From Geosiphon pyriformis uo1 (Eukaryota > Fungi > Glomeromycota), in assembly GCA_016748015.1 (NCBI GenBank), contig JAAOMT010000684.1, forward strand, positions 186,001 to 250,000: a DNA stretch of 64,000 nt, written 5' to 3'. The position numbers and the translations under genes are program-made. The notes below the pieces were generated by a model that made no database searches, was not told the origin of the DNA, and was given only the letters and a program-made list of their open reading frames with translations. Shown one piece after another: positions 26,601 through 38,722 of this stretch (its first letter is position 1; each line of letters begins with the position of its first letter).

Positions 26601-26647
26601 CTAACTTCTTGAGTTATTGATAAGTAGGGAGGTTCTGCCATTTCCAT
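23626..26647 (-). CDS. MYSM1-like SWIRM + MPN/JAMM metallo-deubiquitinase (multi-exon)
   Basis: SWIRM: [16 protein letters not shown]...[26 protein letters not shown]: [18 protein letters not shown]...FPCQS...CEMDPGSE...[19 protein letters not shown], with an intact JAMM E...HxH...SxxD motif. Poly-Asp C-terminus. Confidence 0.88.
23633..23675. repeat. (ATC)n microsatellite encoding the poly-Asp tail of the MYSM1-like protein
   Basis: About 14 TCA units with one interruption; reads [13 protein letters not shown] on the minus strand. Confidence 0.9.
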
Positions 26648-26859
26648 TTTTTTTTTTTTGCAAATTGTATTTCTCTATCATCAGAGGAAAATTAAATTTT
26701 TAATGGAATGAATTTAGGGAAAGAGAGCAACCATGGAAATTCCTAGTTAAATTTTGCATCATTGGAATAACCCTTTAGTGAGGCCAATTGGCGATTGGTG
26801 AAGCCGATCAGATGATCGCTGTTGACAGATCCTGTCAATTTTAGTACGCTAAAAATATT

Positions 26860-28295
26860 AATAACCATTCTTTTGTAATTATTTCAAACTATTTTAATTG
26901 TTTATAATTATTGCAATAAAATAATTTACAATTATTGTAACTTTGTAGTATTATTGTTGTTAATATGCAATTATTGTAATTAATTTACAACTTTCAATTT
27001 TTAAAAATTACTCTTTAAAAACAGTTTTATAAAAATGAATCAAATTATTAATTGTATATAATTTTAATTATTAACACAATATTAATTAATTATAATTTTT
27101 TATTAACTTTACTAATAATAAACAGTATCTTTTTCATGCTTTTAACATATTTCAAAGAAATAATTTTGGATGGTTAATCACGTATAAAGAGTGTATTTAT
27201 TCTAAAACATGGATATATTATATATATGTAAATAGCGGTTGAATTATACTTAATAAAGCATATTAAAATAATAATAATTTTAAACTGCTTTTTAAAAAAT
27301 ATATAATGAAATAAATTTATCATTGTGCACAACTTTAATTATTAACACAATATTAGTTAATTTGTAAATATTTTTAATTATAATTATATCTATTAAAACA
27401 ATTGAAAAAAAATATTTATAAAATTATAACTATTGTAAAGATTAAAATTAATTGAAACTCAATTTTTAATTATTTGCTCTTAAATTTTATAATTATAAAT
27501 TTATACTTTTTTGGTAAAAATAAATAAATTTGAAATATAATTATATAAAATTTAAAAACAAATTAAAATTGGAAACAAAATTGATTTCATAAAAATTGAT
27601 TAAAAAATTATTCAAAAGATGATTTATTAATTATCAAATTAAAAATAATATTTTTTTAAGATTTAAAAATTTGAACAAAATAATATACTAATAAGCTAAT
27701 AAAAAAATAAATAAAATAAATAAAAAACCCATTTAATCTTATGATTTTTTAATTTATTCTTATTATTATTTAATTTTATACATAATTTTTTAATATAATT
27801 TTCCAAACAAAAATCTTTTTTTGTTTAAATTATTATTAAAAAAATAATTTTTTCTAATTTTTGTTTTAGTCAATAATTTTATAGTTGTTTAACTATTAAC
27901 TTTAAATTAATTAATTTAGTTCTATTTTTAAAACTAAAAAAAAACATATTTAAACAAATTAATTTTAAATTATTAAAGCTTAAACATATTATTATTAAAA
28001 TAAACCATAAAATTAATAAGTTAAAAAATAATTTAATATTTAAAATTTTCGATAATTATAATATTTTAATTAGATTTTGAACCAATTGTAACTTTTTAAA
28101 ATAATAATTAATATATTAAAAATATAAAAAACACTTTTAATATTATTATTAACAAAAAGTTTTTACCTATATTGTTTTTTAATTATCTTAATTATCTTTG
28201 TTTTAAAAATTAGTGAAAATATTAATAGATTCTTATAATTTTGGAAAATAGAATTAATATTTTTATAATAATAAAAAACTAATAATTATAATTTG

Positions 28296-28326
<31 letters not shown>

Positions 28327-30050
28327 GTTACAGCAGAAATAATAATAAAATCTTTAATAATTTTAAGGTTTTAATTTTTATAAATTAAATATATTAGATT
28401 AATAATAAATTTATTAATTATGTTTAAAATAAAACTGGTTTTTTAAACAAACAAATTAGTTTTCAATTTTTTTGTAAAGAAATAAATTTTTTATTTTTTT
28501 TATTAACGTTTACTTTGTTTAATTAGTGTTTAAATCGTTTTAACATATTTAATAACAACTTTTTTGCAATCTTATATATATATTGTTTTATATTAAAATT
28601 AAAATTTCGAACTTGTATAATAAAAAATTATTAAATTATTTTTTTAATAATGTTATCTGCAATTTTTTTAGCAAAAAGTTGTGTTTTATTAACTAAAAAC
28701 TGTTTAAATTTTTTAAAAAATTAAAAAAAAATTATTATTAATAGCAATTGCCATTGGTTTAAATATATTACTTTTTGATAAACTGTTAGATTTATTAAAA
28801 AAATACAAAAATAACAGCAATTTAATAATTTTTGGATTTGTTTTTAAAAAAATTATTATTAAGTAATTAATAACTATTTAAATATAAATTGGTTAATTTA
28901 AGTAATAATAACTAACTAACATAACTAAATAAATTAATTGGTTAATGTAATTGTTTTTTTTATAAATATTAGTTAATAATTTATTGGAATCATTTATTAA
29001 ATTGTTATCATCAAAAAAACAAATTAAACAAAAAAGAAAAAAAATAAATTTTTGTTTTTACGACAAAAATGTGTAATTTTTTATACAATAAATAATAATT
29101 ACAATCTGTAATTTTTTATAAAAGTTAAAACTTTAAAATAATCAGTAATAATTAATAAAATAATATAACCATTATAATGTTATGTTTTAATTAGCAATTT
29201 TAAACTTTAAAACAAATACATTAATTATTTTTCAACAGTTGTTTATTTAATAAATTGCAAAAAATAAATAACTAAGTTAATATCTAAATTAAAAATTTAA
29301 TCAATAATTAGACAATAAATAATTATAAAAATAAAATATTCAAATATATAACATTAATAATTAATAGTAAATATTATAAATAAAATACCAACAAAGTATT
29401 AACTATAATAATATGGCTTTAAATTTATATAATAAAATTAATTTCAAAATATTTCAAAATATTTTTATCAATTTTTCTTATATATTTTGTAGCTTTATAT
29501 TTGTAAATAAAAGGAAGAACAAATTTTAATGTTTCTGTGATGTTATAACTATAAGTTTGTTTTTAGATTTTTTTCTGTTAATAATAAGATGTTCTAAAAA
29601 TTTTATTTCCAATAAAAGGTTTTTTATTTTGATAAAATTTCTTAAAATTCTTTGTAAAATTGCTAACTTTTTGAAATAAACTATCTTCATAAATTAATTA
29701 TTTACTTGGTCAAGCCATAATATTAAAGATTGTACAAAAAAAATTGGTCTTTTTTTTTAAGTTTAAGAATGTGGACACTTCAGTTTTTGCTGAGAAATTT
29801 CACTTTTTCTTTTCAAATGTTATGTATTGTAAATTCTCCTATGCCAAATTACTTGCTAATATAATATTAGAAAGTGCTAGTTCAGTTTCTTTGGCTTGGG
29901 AAAGTTTATTTTTAAGCAAGAATAAGAGAGTTATTTTTTCTTTGTAAAGTTTTTCTTTTCATATTAATTTGTTCTGCCATATTGATATAATTGCAAAGTA
30001 TATGGTTTAAAAATGTTAAATTAAATAAATGTTTTATTCAAATAAATGAT
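26860..30050. other. Extremely AT-rich decayed-TE block
   Basis: Composition; contains a gag-like relic at 28450-28560. Confidence 0.7.
28450..28560 (-). pseudogene. Fossil retrotransposon gag-like segment
   Basis: Minus strand reads VIKYVKTI*TLIKQ...K*KIYFFTKKLKTNL; homologous to 54170-54312 (+). Confidence 0.6.
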
Positions 30051-30260
30051 TATTTTTAAGTGAGTATTCAAAAAAAATCCATTCAATCCAAAGATCACTT
30101 CGGATTATCTATCTTCGGTATAAGATATTAAATAAAAATCCTTTAATCTATAATAAGCAGTAGTTTTTCTGAACCCGTGATTCACAACCATATAAATCCA
30201 AATATCATAAACAATAAATCAAATATTTTAAGATATCCTTTATCGTTCATCATCTCAACA

Positions 30261-31080
30261 ATGTCTACTGATATTTCGAGCTATCGTTTTGTAATTATGG
30301 ACACAGAGAAATATTATTTAACTCTTAAAGGCTCTTCAATTGTATTTACATTTAACCATAGACCGTTGCTTTTTATTAGAACCATACTATGATCCGAGTG
30401 AAGGATCCAAAAGCTTCGTCTGAGTTCTATCAAGACGTGCTAGGAATGAAGTAAAACTAAAATATTTATTCTTCTTTGCCGGTGGTGACAATCATTTCGA
30501 ATATTAAATTAATTTTACAATCTTCAAAAATTTACCATAGACTTATTGAACATATAGATTTTCCCGAAGACAAGTTTACTCTTTATTTTCTAGCCTATGT
30601 GCATGGGGATCTCCCAGAATCTTCGGAAGCTAGGAAATCATATATATTTGATCGAGAAGGCATTTTGGAATTGACGCAGTATGCCTTCATTTGAAACTTT
30701 ATTCTATTTTTACTTGAACCTCAATTGCTAACCTAGAATTATTTTGTTTTCGATGATATAGTAATTGGGGGACTGAGAATGATCAAGCATTTTCGTACAG
30801 CAATGGTAACAAAGAGCCAGGTCGTGGATTTGGTCATATTGCTATAATTGTCGATGATGTTAAAGCTGCTTGTGCTCGCTTTGATCAAAAAGGGGTGAAA
30901 TTTGTCAAACGCCTTGAAGATGGTCTCATATTTTAAAAAAATTTTCATGTTCTTTGTGACATGGCGGTCTAAATTGAAGGTTATTTTTTTTACGTAGGCA
31001 AGATGAATTCTATCGCTTTTCTCGCTGACCCTGATGGCTATTGGGTTGAAATTCTTCCAAAGCGGTTCTCGGGTGTTTGA
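30261..31080 (+). CDS. GLO1: Lactoylglutathione lyase (glyoxalase I), single-domain form, 5 exons
   Basis: Spliced: [53 protein letters not shown]...EGILELTH-NWGTEND...[19 protein letters not shown]...[29 protein letters not shown]. Metal ligands H, E, H, E are present. Confidence 0.95.
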
Positions 31081-33419
31081 TTACAAGGCAAGTTATCAAG
31101 TTCAGATCTGGTACCTCATATAATATACCCTCTTAATGTCTTTACATATTTTGTTTAATTTCTGTCTGGTGGACAAAACAGTTTTCCAGTCAAATTCCAT
31201 CATTCACCAGCTACTCTTGAGAAATTTTCAGAATTTTTGTTCTGGCTTGATAACTTACCTTTAAGCTTTTTAATGGCTCCATAAATTGTTAAACTGTTAT
31301 CTGAAGAATTTGTATGAGTCATTATATATTATTAGCTTTCCGATTATAGCTGATAATATTTTTTCAAACAGGTCAAACTCACAAGGAATTAATTAGAGTT
31401 ATGAAATTTGAAATTGATGGTTCATTAAAAAATATCGTTTTCACACCACATCCTTAGGGAATTATAAATTGGTACCATTATTTAGACCATGGTCCAGTAA
31501 AAACATGTATACAATGTTCGAAATTGAATTCAAGTACCAAAAAATTTCTCGCCAATTTTTTTTAAACAGATTCGTCTTGGATCTTTGCTTTGCGTATATT
31601 AACGTTGTTTCAACTTCGGGACTATACTAAAAATGGTTCGTACTCATTTTTTATTTCCCAAAAATCGTAAATTTCCCATTCCTGCAAAAAGGCACGAGTT
31701 GATTTGAGTAAGAACGGATGGTGTCTTGGGAAAAAACTCCATCTTTCAAAAATAACAGAATTGACTTTGAATATCGCACATCATCAAGACAAAAAAGTAA
31801 TCAGTAAAATGAATTCAGTCAATCCACGTCTAAATTTATTAGCTTTCTCTCTTAAGTAAGAAATTTCGTTGTTGTCATTCACTTTTAAACTTGAAGTTAA
31901 TTAAAGCTCAAAAAATTAATGAGCGTTTTCCCAAAGGGATTTAAATTCAAATTTGAGCTTTCCTATTTTCGCAACAATTAATAGATGAACCATTATTGTT
32001 ATTTAAAATACTGAAACAATTTTGTTAAATTTGATATTTTTGGCATTATAAATAAAAACTAATTTCAAAAAAAATGTAAGCCACCAAATGTTTTTTTGTT
32101 GCTGTTTTTAAAATATGCTTCATTAAAAAAATCAACATAGTAAGTAATATAAAGTTTTGTTGAGAAATTAGTCTCAAAATTGTTTATTAATTTATTGTTT
32201 AATCAAGAAACAAATTAAGCAAGAAAAAAGAAAATAATTTTTAATCTAATTTAAATTATTTTCAAAGTGAGCAGTAAAATAAGTATTTTTTTTTGTAACA
32301 GAATGTGTAATTGCTTATACAATATATATTTAACAATTTTATAAAATCATTATTATTATGTTATAAGTTAAATAATATGCTAATAAATAAATAAAATAAC
32401 TAAGAAGAAGATAACAAAAAAAAAGCAAACGAAATGTAGAAACAATTCAATAATATAATTTGTTTCAAAATTACAGTTGAAAATTGAAAAATAGTCAATA
32501 AAAAATAATTTTTTCTTAAATAAGTTTACATAATTAATTAAACCAAAAAAAACTTTTTTTTCTCTTACTTTTTATAATCACAATTGAAACAAAGAGTAAA
32601 AAAAACAACTTGTATTTTTTCTTTGGTTTATAATAGAAATACTATTCAAAAAGCTCTTTTAGCTATAAAGACAGTTAAACAGCATTCTGTTAAAATGTTA
32701 CTCTTAAGTTATAGAGACACAGAGCAATCTTTGACTGCAAAAAAACACTTTTTTTTATCTTTAGTTAAAAAGTTTCTTCTTTTCCGAAATTTTTTTAAAG
32801 CAGTTTACGAAAAATAATTTTAGCGTTACTGTTATTATTGCTAAAAGTCCAAAAGCTTTTAACCAAAAACCAATAGCCAAACTAGTATTTCTTGTTTCAA
32901 CTTTTTTTTATTGCTGTTTAAATGGCTAAAAAACCAAATCAGCAACGAAACTATTTTTTTTATATTCTTATCAATTTTGCATTATTAGTACCAATTATAA
33001 TTTTTAATTTTATTTTGGTTATAACTTTTTTTTGTTTTAATTAATAGTAATAACAATATATCTGTTTGGATTGACATCTGATTATGTTGTTTAACACAAT
33101 AAATTCTAATTAATTATTACTAGTTTTAAAAATAAAACAAATTACATTTTGACATATAACTTTAACTAATTATATTATTATTGAATTATTTAATTACAAA
33201 GATTAAATTAATAAAATAGTAACAAAATTATTTTTATTTTTTATTTTTTGATAATACTGTTAATATATTGGTAATATTTAAGAAATAATTATTAATTATT
33301 AAAAGTTTTTTAAATAAATAATTTTTACTTTATAACTTAAGTTAAAGTTGTATTTTGGTTTTATTAGTATAAAGTTGGTTTTAAAAAAATATTAAGCTTT
33401 TTTATATAAAGTTTACATT

Positions 33420-33823
33420 GGGGCGTCGAGCTGGCCTTGTCTGGTCTGGTTAATTTTGTGAGTGGCCTGGTTATTGGCCATAGAGACGGAATCTGGTTGC
33501 CCAATTCAAAACTTAGAGTGGAAATGGAAAAGAGTGGTTCTTTACCTGGTGAGAGTTTGGATCCGGTCTCTGTTCGAGGCCTCTCTGATTATATCTCGAA
33601 GGGGGTAGCTTTTTTACTAGGTGTGGGTGAAGGTCAGGCGGTTTGTTTTGGTCTTAGGGTTTGCAGTCTATTTTTTACTGGTGGTCAGTGTCAATATCGC
33701 TGTGTAGTGCAGCCTAAATCGGCCGAGTGGTTGATCACATGTGGAAAATGCGTGAGTCACGTCTAATTTAAAACTCTTCGTAGTTATATTGTATTAGATA
33801 GTGCTGGGTTACACTCGTCAAAA
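33420..33823 (+). mobile_element. 5'-truncated LINE insertion (divergent subfamily)
   Basis: 12-bp TSD aaagtttacatt at 33408-33419 and 33824-33835; encodes the ORF2 C-terminus (IWL...MEKSG...LLGV...FG); family 3' UTR and A tail. Confidence 0.9.
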
Positions 33824-33940
33824 AAAGTTTACATTTTAAATTTTTTAAATATTATTGTTAAAATTAAGCTTGTTAATTTTCTTTTTTTATTATTTTTAAA
33901 ATTACAAAATCTTTTAGGGTTTTAATTTTGTCTTTTTTTC

Positions 33941-33971
<31 letters not shown>

Positions 33972-34309
33972 CTTTATACTGTTTTTTGATATTTTTGCTT
34001 ATGATATTAAAAATACTTTTTGGAATTTTTGATAAAATTATTGCTATTAAATTAAAATTTGCTAAATTTTAACAATATTTTAATATTTATTTAAGTTTTT
34101 TGAAGTTTTTAATACTAGTTTTGCTTGTTGATTAGTTTTAAAATAAAAATAATGATTAAATTATTTTTAAAAATATTTATTAAACCAAGTTAATTAATTT
34201 TTTATTTGATTTTACTGTTTTTGAAATCAATATTAAAAAAGTTTTATTTTATTATAATTAATATATATTTTTAAATCAAGTTATTAATATATATTTTTAT
34301 TTTATTAAT

Positions 34310-34312
<3 letters not shown>

Positions 34313-34344
<32 letters not shown>
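34313..34344. repeat. (TA)n microsatellite
   Basis: About 16 TA units. Confidence 0.9.
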
Positions 34345-34346
<2 letters not shown>

Positions 34347-35272
34347 AACTTCTTTTAATGACAAAATTTTAAATATAATCAATATTAATTGCTTTTTATT
34401 TTTTTATTTTTTTAGTAATAAAATATGATTGGAAAGTGATTTTTCAAGTATTTTTAATGTAATATGAAAAATGTAGATTGGTTTATTATTTTGTTAAATG
34501 CAGTTCTATTAAATAAGAATCTACTATAATGAGAGGGCTTTTTTGTATTGCAAATTAAGGTGTTTAAAAGTAAAATGGATGAATTACTTATCATGAAAAC
34601 GCTATTGCTTTCATTTTTATTTTATGTTATCAAAAATCTAGACCCAGTTAAAAAAAAGCATGAAAACTCTAATAATTTTTAAAATATTTCGGAACCTTAT
34701 GATTCAGTCTTGAGTATTTGAATTTGAGATAAATTTGAATGGATTAATTTATTCTCATTCCTTGTTTATTAATTTTTATTATGAATTATTTAATTTTAAA
34801 TATTATTTAATAAGAAATATTTTTTATTTACTCTTAATTAAACCTAAAGATTATAAAAAATAATTTAATCTTTCCTAATACTTTGTGTATTAAAAAAGCA
34901 AAATAGAATTATGGAAAAGAACTATAAAATTTCAATAAATCATTTTTTTTTTGTTAATATTATGGTTATCTGGAGGAAAAAAGCTGTCGTTCATTTTGAG
35001 ATATTTTTTAGGGGTTGGCTTCTGCTAATATCATTGATAAAGCCATTAATCAAGTGCTGAACAAACAAAATTTGTGATAATATAACATGCATGGGAAGAT
35101 GAAATAGCATTGTGGAATCATCTTCTGGTAAAGGTTTGATCCTCTATCGAGCCTCATGCAGAGATTAACGGTCTTAGTTAGCACATTACATGTACTTACT
35201 ATTAAAGTTCAGGATATATTTTTTAATAACTTGAAACGTGGCTGAAAAGTTATTTTAAGAAATTCTATAATA

Positions 35273-35856
35273 CACTCGGCGGAAAAAAGTCATGGGACAC
35301 TTTACATTTTTTTTATTTTTTGTTCTATGAATGATAAAAATATCTATAAAAATTTATTTTTAACTATATTATATATCTATAAATAGTAAAGAATGTATTA
35401 AATTAATAATATTAATCAAAACAAATATATAATTTACAATATTTAATTTGCCTTTTTTTTATTAAAATAAAATATTTTGGGATTTTTTTTTGATAAACAT
35501 GAATATTCAAAAATTCAAAGTTCAAAGAAAAGACTTGGATGGCTCAAAAACATCTCAATTTACTTTCTAAATGGCCAGCACAATCACCTGATTTGAATTC
35601 AATAGAGAATTTATAGGATTATTTACAAAAACAACTCAAAAAACGAAATCTGCATTCTGAAAAGAATCACAAATTATTTCTAGCGTTAGAAAAAGAATGA
35701 AAAGTAATTCCACAAAATATTTAGTTACTAGTGTATCTAGACATATTGAAGAATGTATTAGAAAGTAGGATGGACCAACTAGTTATTAAGTATTAAATAA
35801 AATAAAAATTTATTAAAAAAATAATAAAATGTCCCATGACTTTTTTGCGCCGAGTG
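35273..35856 (+). mobile_element. Non-autonomous internal-deletion derivative of the Tc1-type transposon at 43466-44755
   Basis: TIRs cactcggcggaaaaaagtcatgggaca / tgtcccatgacttttttgcgccgagtg; TA on both sides; interior matches both ends of the longer copy with 706 bp missing. Confidence 0.95.
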
Positions 35857-37426
35857 TAGGTAATAATTTCTGCAACATAAAAAGATCAAGATACTCAATT
35901 ACTGAATGAAAAGAGATGGAATTCCAAGATTTTATTCTATGAAACTGCTTTCAAAAGAAATTTTTTAAAACAACTTTTTAAATCTTAATTTCATATAAAA
36001 ATAAACTAACAGACAGAGGCCCAGTAAACAATATGAATTTCTTTATTTTTTCTGTCTCACTATCTAATGAAAAGTCTTTACTGAAGTGTCGACAAATTAA
36101 GCAAAGTTTAACTGTATCAATGAAAGTCATTAATTAGACTCCAAGTTAAAGTTACTATGGATCACTTTGTTAATTTATAATTAAGAAAGATAGATTCAAT
36201 TGTCACGACTTGTCTTGTTTAAAAAATACTCGCAAAGTACTATTGCTAGATTTCCAATTACCTGTAATTGAAAAAAATTTTCCATTATTAAAATCTTTGT
36301 AATTTTTATCTTTTTTCCAATTGTTTTACGATTTGTGATTTATGAAAAAGATGCTCAGATGAAATTAATCTTTTAATTGAAGACGATCAAACTAAGTTGA
36401 ATTTAAGGAAAATGAATATCATTTTTTATTTAGAATATTATGAATGGGGCAGAATTCTTTCGAGGAATTCCAGCTTGTTTAAAATGAAAATTTCAAAATA
36501 AATTCATTGTAAACCTTTGAAATAGAAACATTAGATCAAAATTTTGTTTATTCTTTAAATTCAAGTTTTATCAATTCCCATAAAGCTGTAAATTGTGTAA
36601 TATTTATTTTCGAGTTCATAATAAAGTTCTATTTATAAAAGGGATTACTAAAAATAAAAAAATCTTTTTCAGGAAAAACCAATGTCTATGAATTTTGTTT
36701 GGGATGAAAATCTTCATGATGTGATTTAAAATTTATATTATATAATTATATAAACATTAGAATTGCTAGTTCAAAAATTTTAGCAATTGAATTAATACAA
36801 AATGTTAATTAATCATTATTCTGAAGGGTTTAAAAAAATTGAATTTGATATTAAATATTTAGTTAAGATTATGATTAGAAGTTAAGAAAGTTTTATTTAA
36901 CGAGACCCCCCATTACTTAAATAATGGTTACTTTAACTCGAAAGTTATTTGAGAATCCAATAGTTTAGGATTTTAATTTAATGCTTGAAAACTAGGATTC
37001 GGGATCAAGTTTTTTTATTAAATAAGATTTAGCTTTTCAAATTTTTAATATGGACACTAAATCTTTTTCATTTTGAATATATTTACGCCATCACTGAATA
37101 ATAATTATTTAGTACATTTTTTTTTCAATAATTAGATGGTTTTCTAGATGGAAAAATTTTTTTAGTTACTTTAAAATTTTGATCAATAGTAATGCTCATA
37201 TTAAATATTTGTTCATAAAATTCTCTCCTAAAGAAAAAAATTTTAACAGAAACTAAAAATAAATTAATGATAGGGCATTTAATAATGACTCCCCATATTT
37301 AGTATCTTGTAAGATGATTCAATAGAAAATCATTTGTAATTACAATTGATGATCTCATAAGATTTAATAGAATAATCATTGTCACTTGTATAAATTGTAT
37401 AACACGATTTAACCAATCTCATAGAG

Positions 37427-37525
37427 AAGCCTTTTCCAAAAAGAATAATTAGGAGATAATCTGTTAAATCAAAGCCTTTTCCAAAAAGAGTAATTAGGAG
37501 ATAATTTGTTAAATCAAAGCCTTTT
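37427..37525. repeat. 45-bp tandem duplication (2.2 copies) just upstream of a gene
   Basis: aagccttttccaaaaaga(a/g)taattaggagataat(c/t)tgttaaatca starts at 37427 and 37472, with a partial copy at 37517. Confidence 0.9.
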
Positions 37526-37655
37526 ATCATTATTATTGATAAAATATTTAAAGAGGACTTTCTTTTCAAAATTTTATTTTTTAAATTTCTCGAGAAAGAT
37601 TAAAAGAAAAAAAAATTTCGAAAAAACCTTTTTTGGATAAAATCACACACAAAAA

Positions 37656-38722
37656 ATGGAAGAAAATCGCACCCAGTCTATGTCTATTCCTCGCATAATA
37701 TATCCTGAAAATATAGAGACACACAACTCAGTCTCAACTTTACCGAATCATGTCGACTTTACAGAATCTGACTTTCAAAACATAGAACCTCTAGCAATAG
37801 CGCCACCTGCATACTCACCACCCCAGTCCAATTTGCAATATTTCAGCACTAATATGGGCACATTGTTAGAAAATGAAAATGAAAATGAAGAGCGGGAAGA
37901 AAATAGGAAAAAATTTACACATAAAAACAATCCAATTATGACATGTTCATGGGCAAATATTTTGAATTGGACGTTTTGGTCAATCATAAATTGTTCCATC
38001 TTGATTCTAAGTGTTCTTCTAATAAAATATTCTTTTTATGAAGTAAGTAATGGAAAATTATCTGGAGAATGACCATATCAATGTCTCGATAGAAAGTTGA
38101 ACAGATAATTTTTTTTAATTTTTAGGTAACAATAAGACATTGGGTCAAATATGGATTGATTATCTTTTCAATAGGAGAGATTTTGTTACGTTTCTTACAT
38201 ATTGAAAAACTCTATAAACTAATTCCTGTTCAAATCAGCGTCTGGATAGTTCCATTAATTATATTTTGTAAGTAATCTTTTTTTCGAGTGATTTTTTATC
38301 AAGACTTTTTCATTGACTGAAATATCTTTTATCATTTTCAAGTTGATATAGATGGCTATCTTCTTTTTGGGCCAGTTCCTCTAACTCATGAAAAAATAGA
38401 AAATAGAAAAGTCCAGAATGACATTTTTTTCATCCTGTATCTAGGCTATTTGGGAATAATCTTTGTAGAACAATTAGGAAACGGCGAGAGCGCCTCTTTT
38501 CAAACCTTTTTTATAGCAACATTGATCTTATCTACTGTTATCTTTTTTCGAATATTATTTTACTGGTGCTCTTGCGGTTCTTGGGGTACAATAGATGACC
38601 AAAGTTATTGGTATTATCAAGGAAATAATTATGGATATCCCTTTTGCTTTGGTTGTGGTGATTGTGACGGTTCTGATTGCAGTGATTGCGGTGGTTGTGA
38701 TTGTGGCGACTGTAACTGTTAG
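37656..38722 (+). CDS. Multi-pass membrane protein with a PPxY motif and a Cys/Asp/Gly-rich C-terminal tail (3 exons)
   Basis: Exons 37656-38042, 38126-38267 and 38343-38722 join in frame over GT-AG introns; APPAYSPP; about 5 hydrophobic segments; ends CFGCGDCDGSDCSDCGGCDCGDCNC*. Confidence 0.8.

Noticed and set aside
30177-30260. GTG-initiated N-terminal targeting extension of GLO1
   Set aside because: Only 28 open codons in an AT-rich leader, with no independent support.
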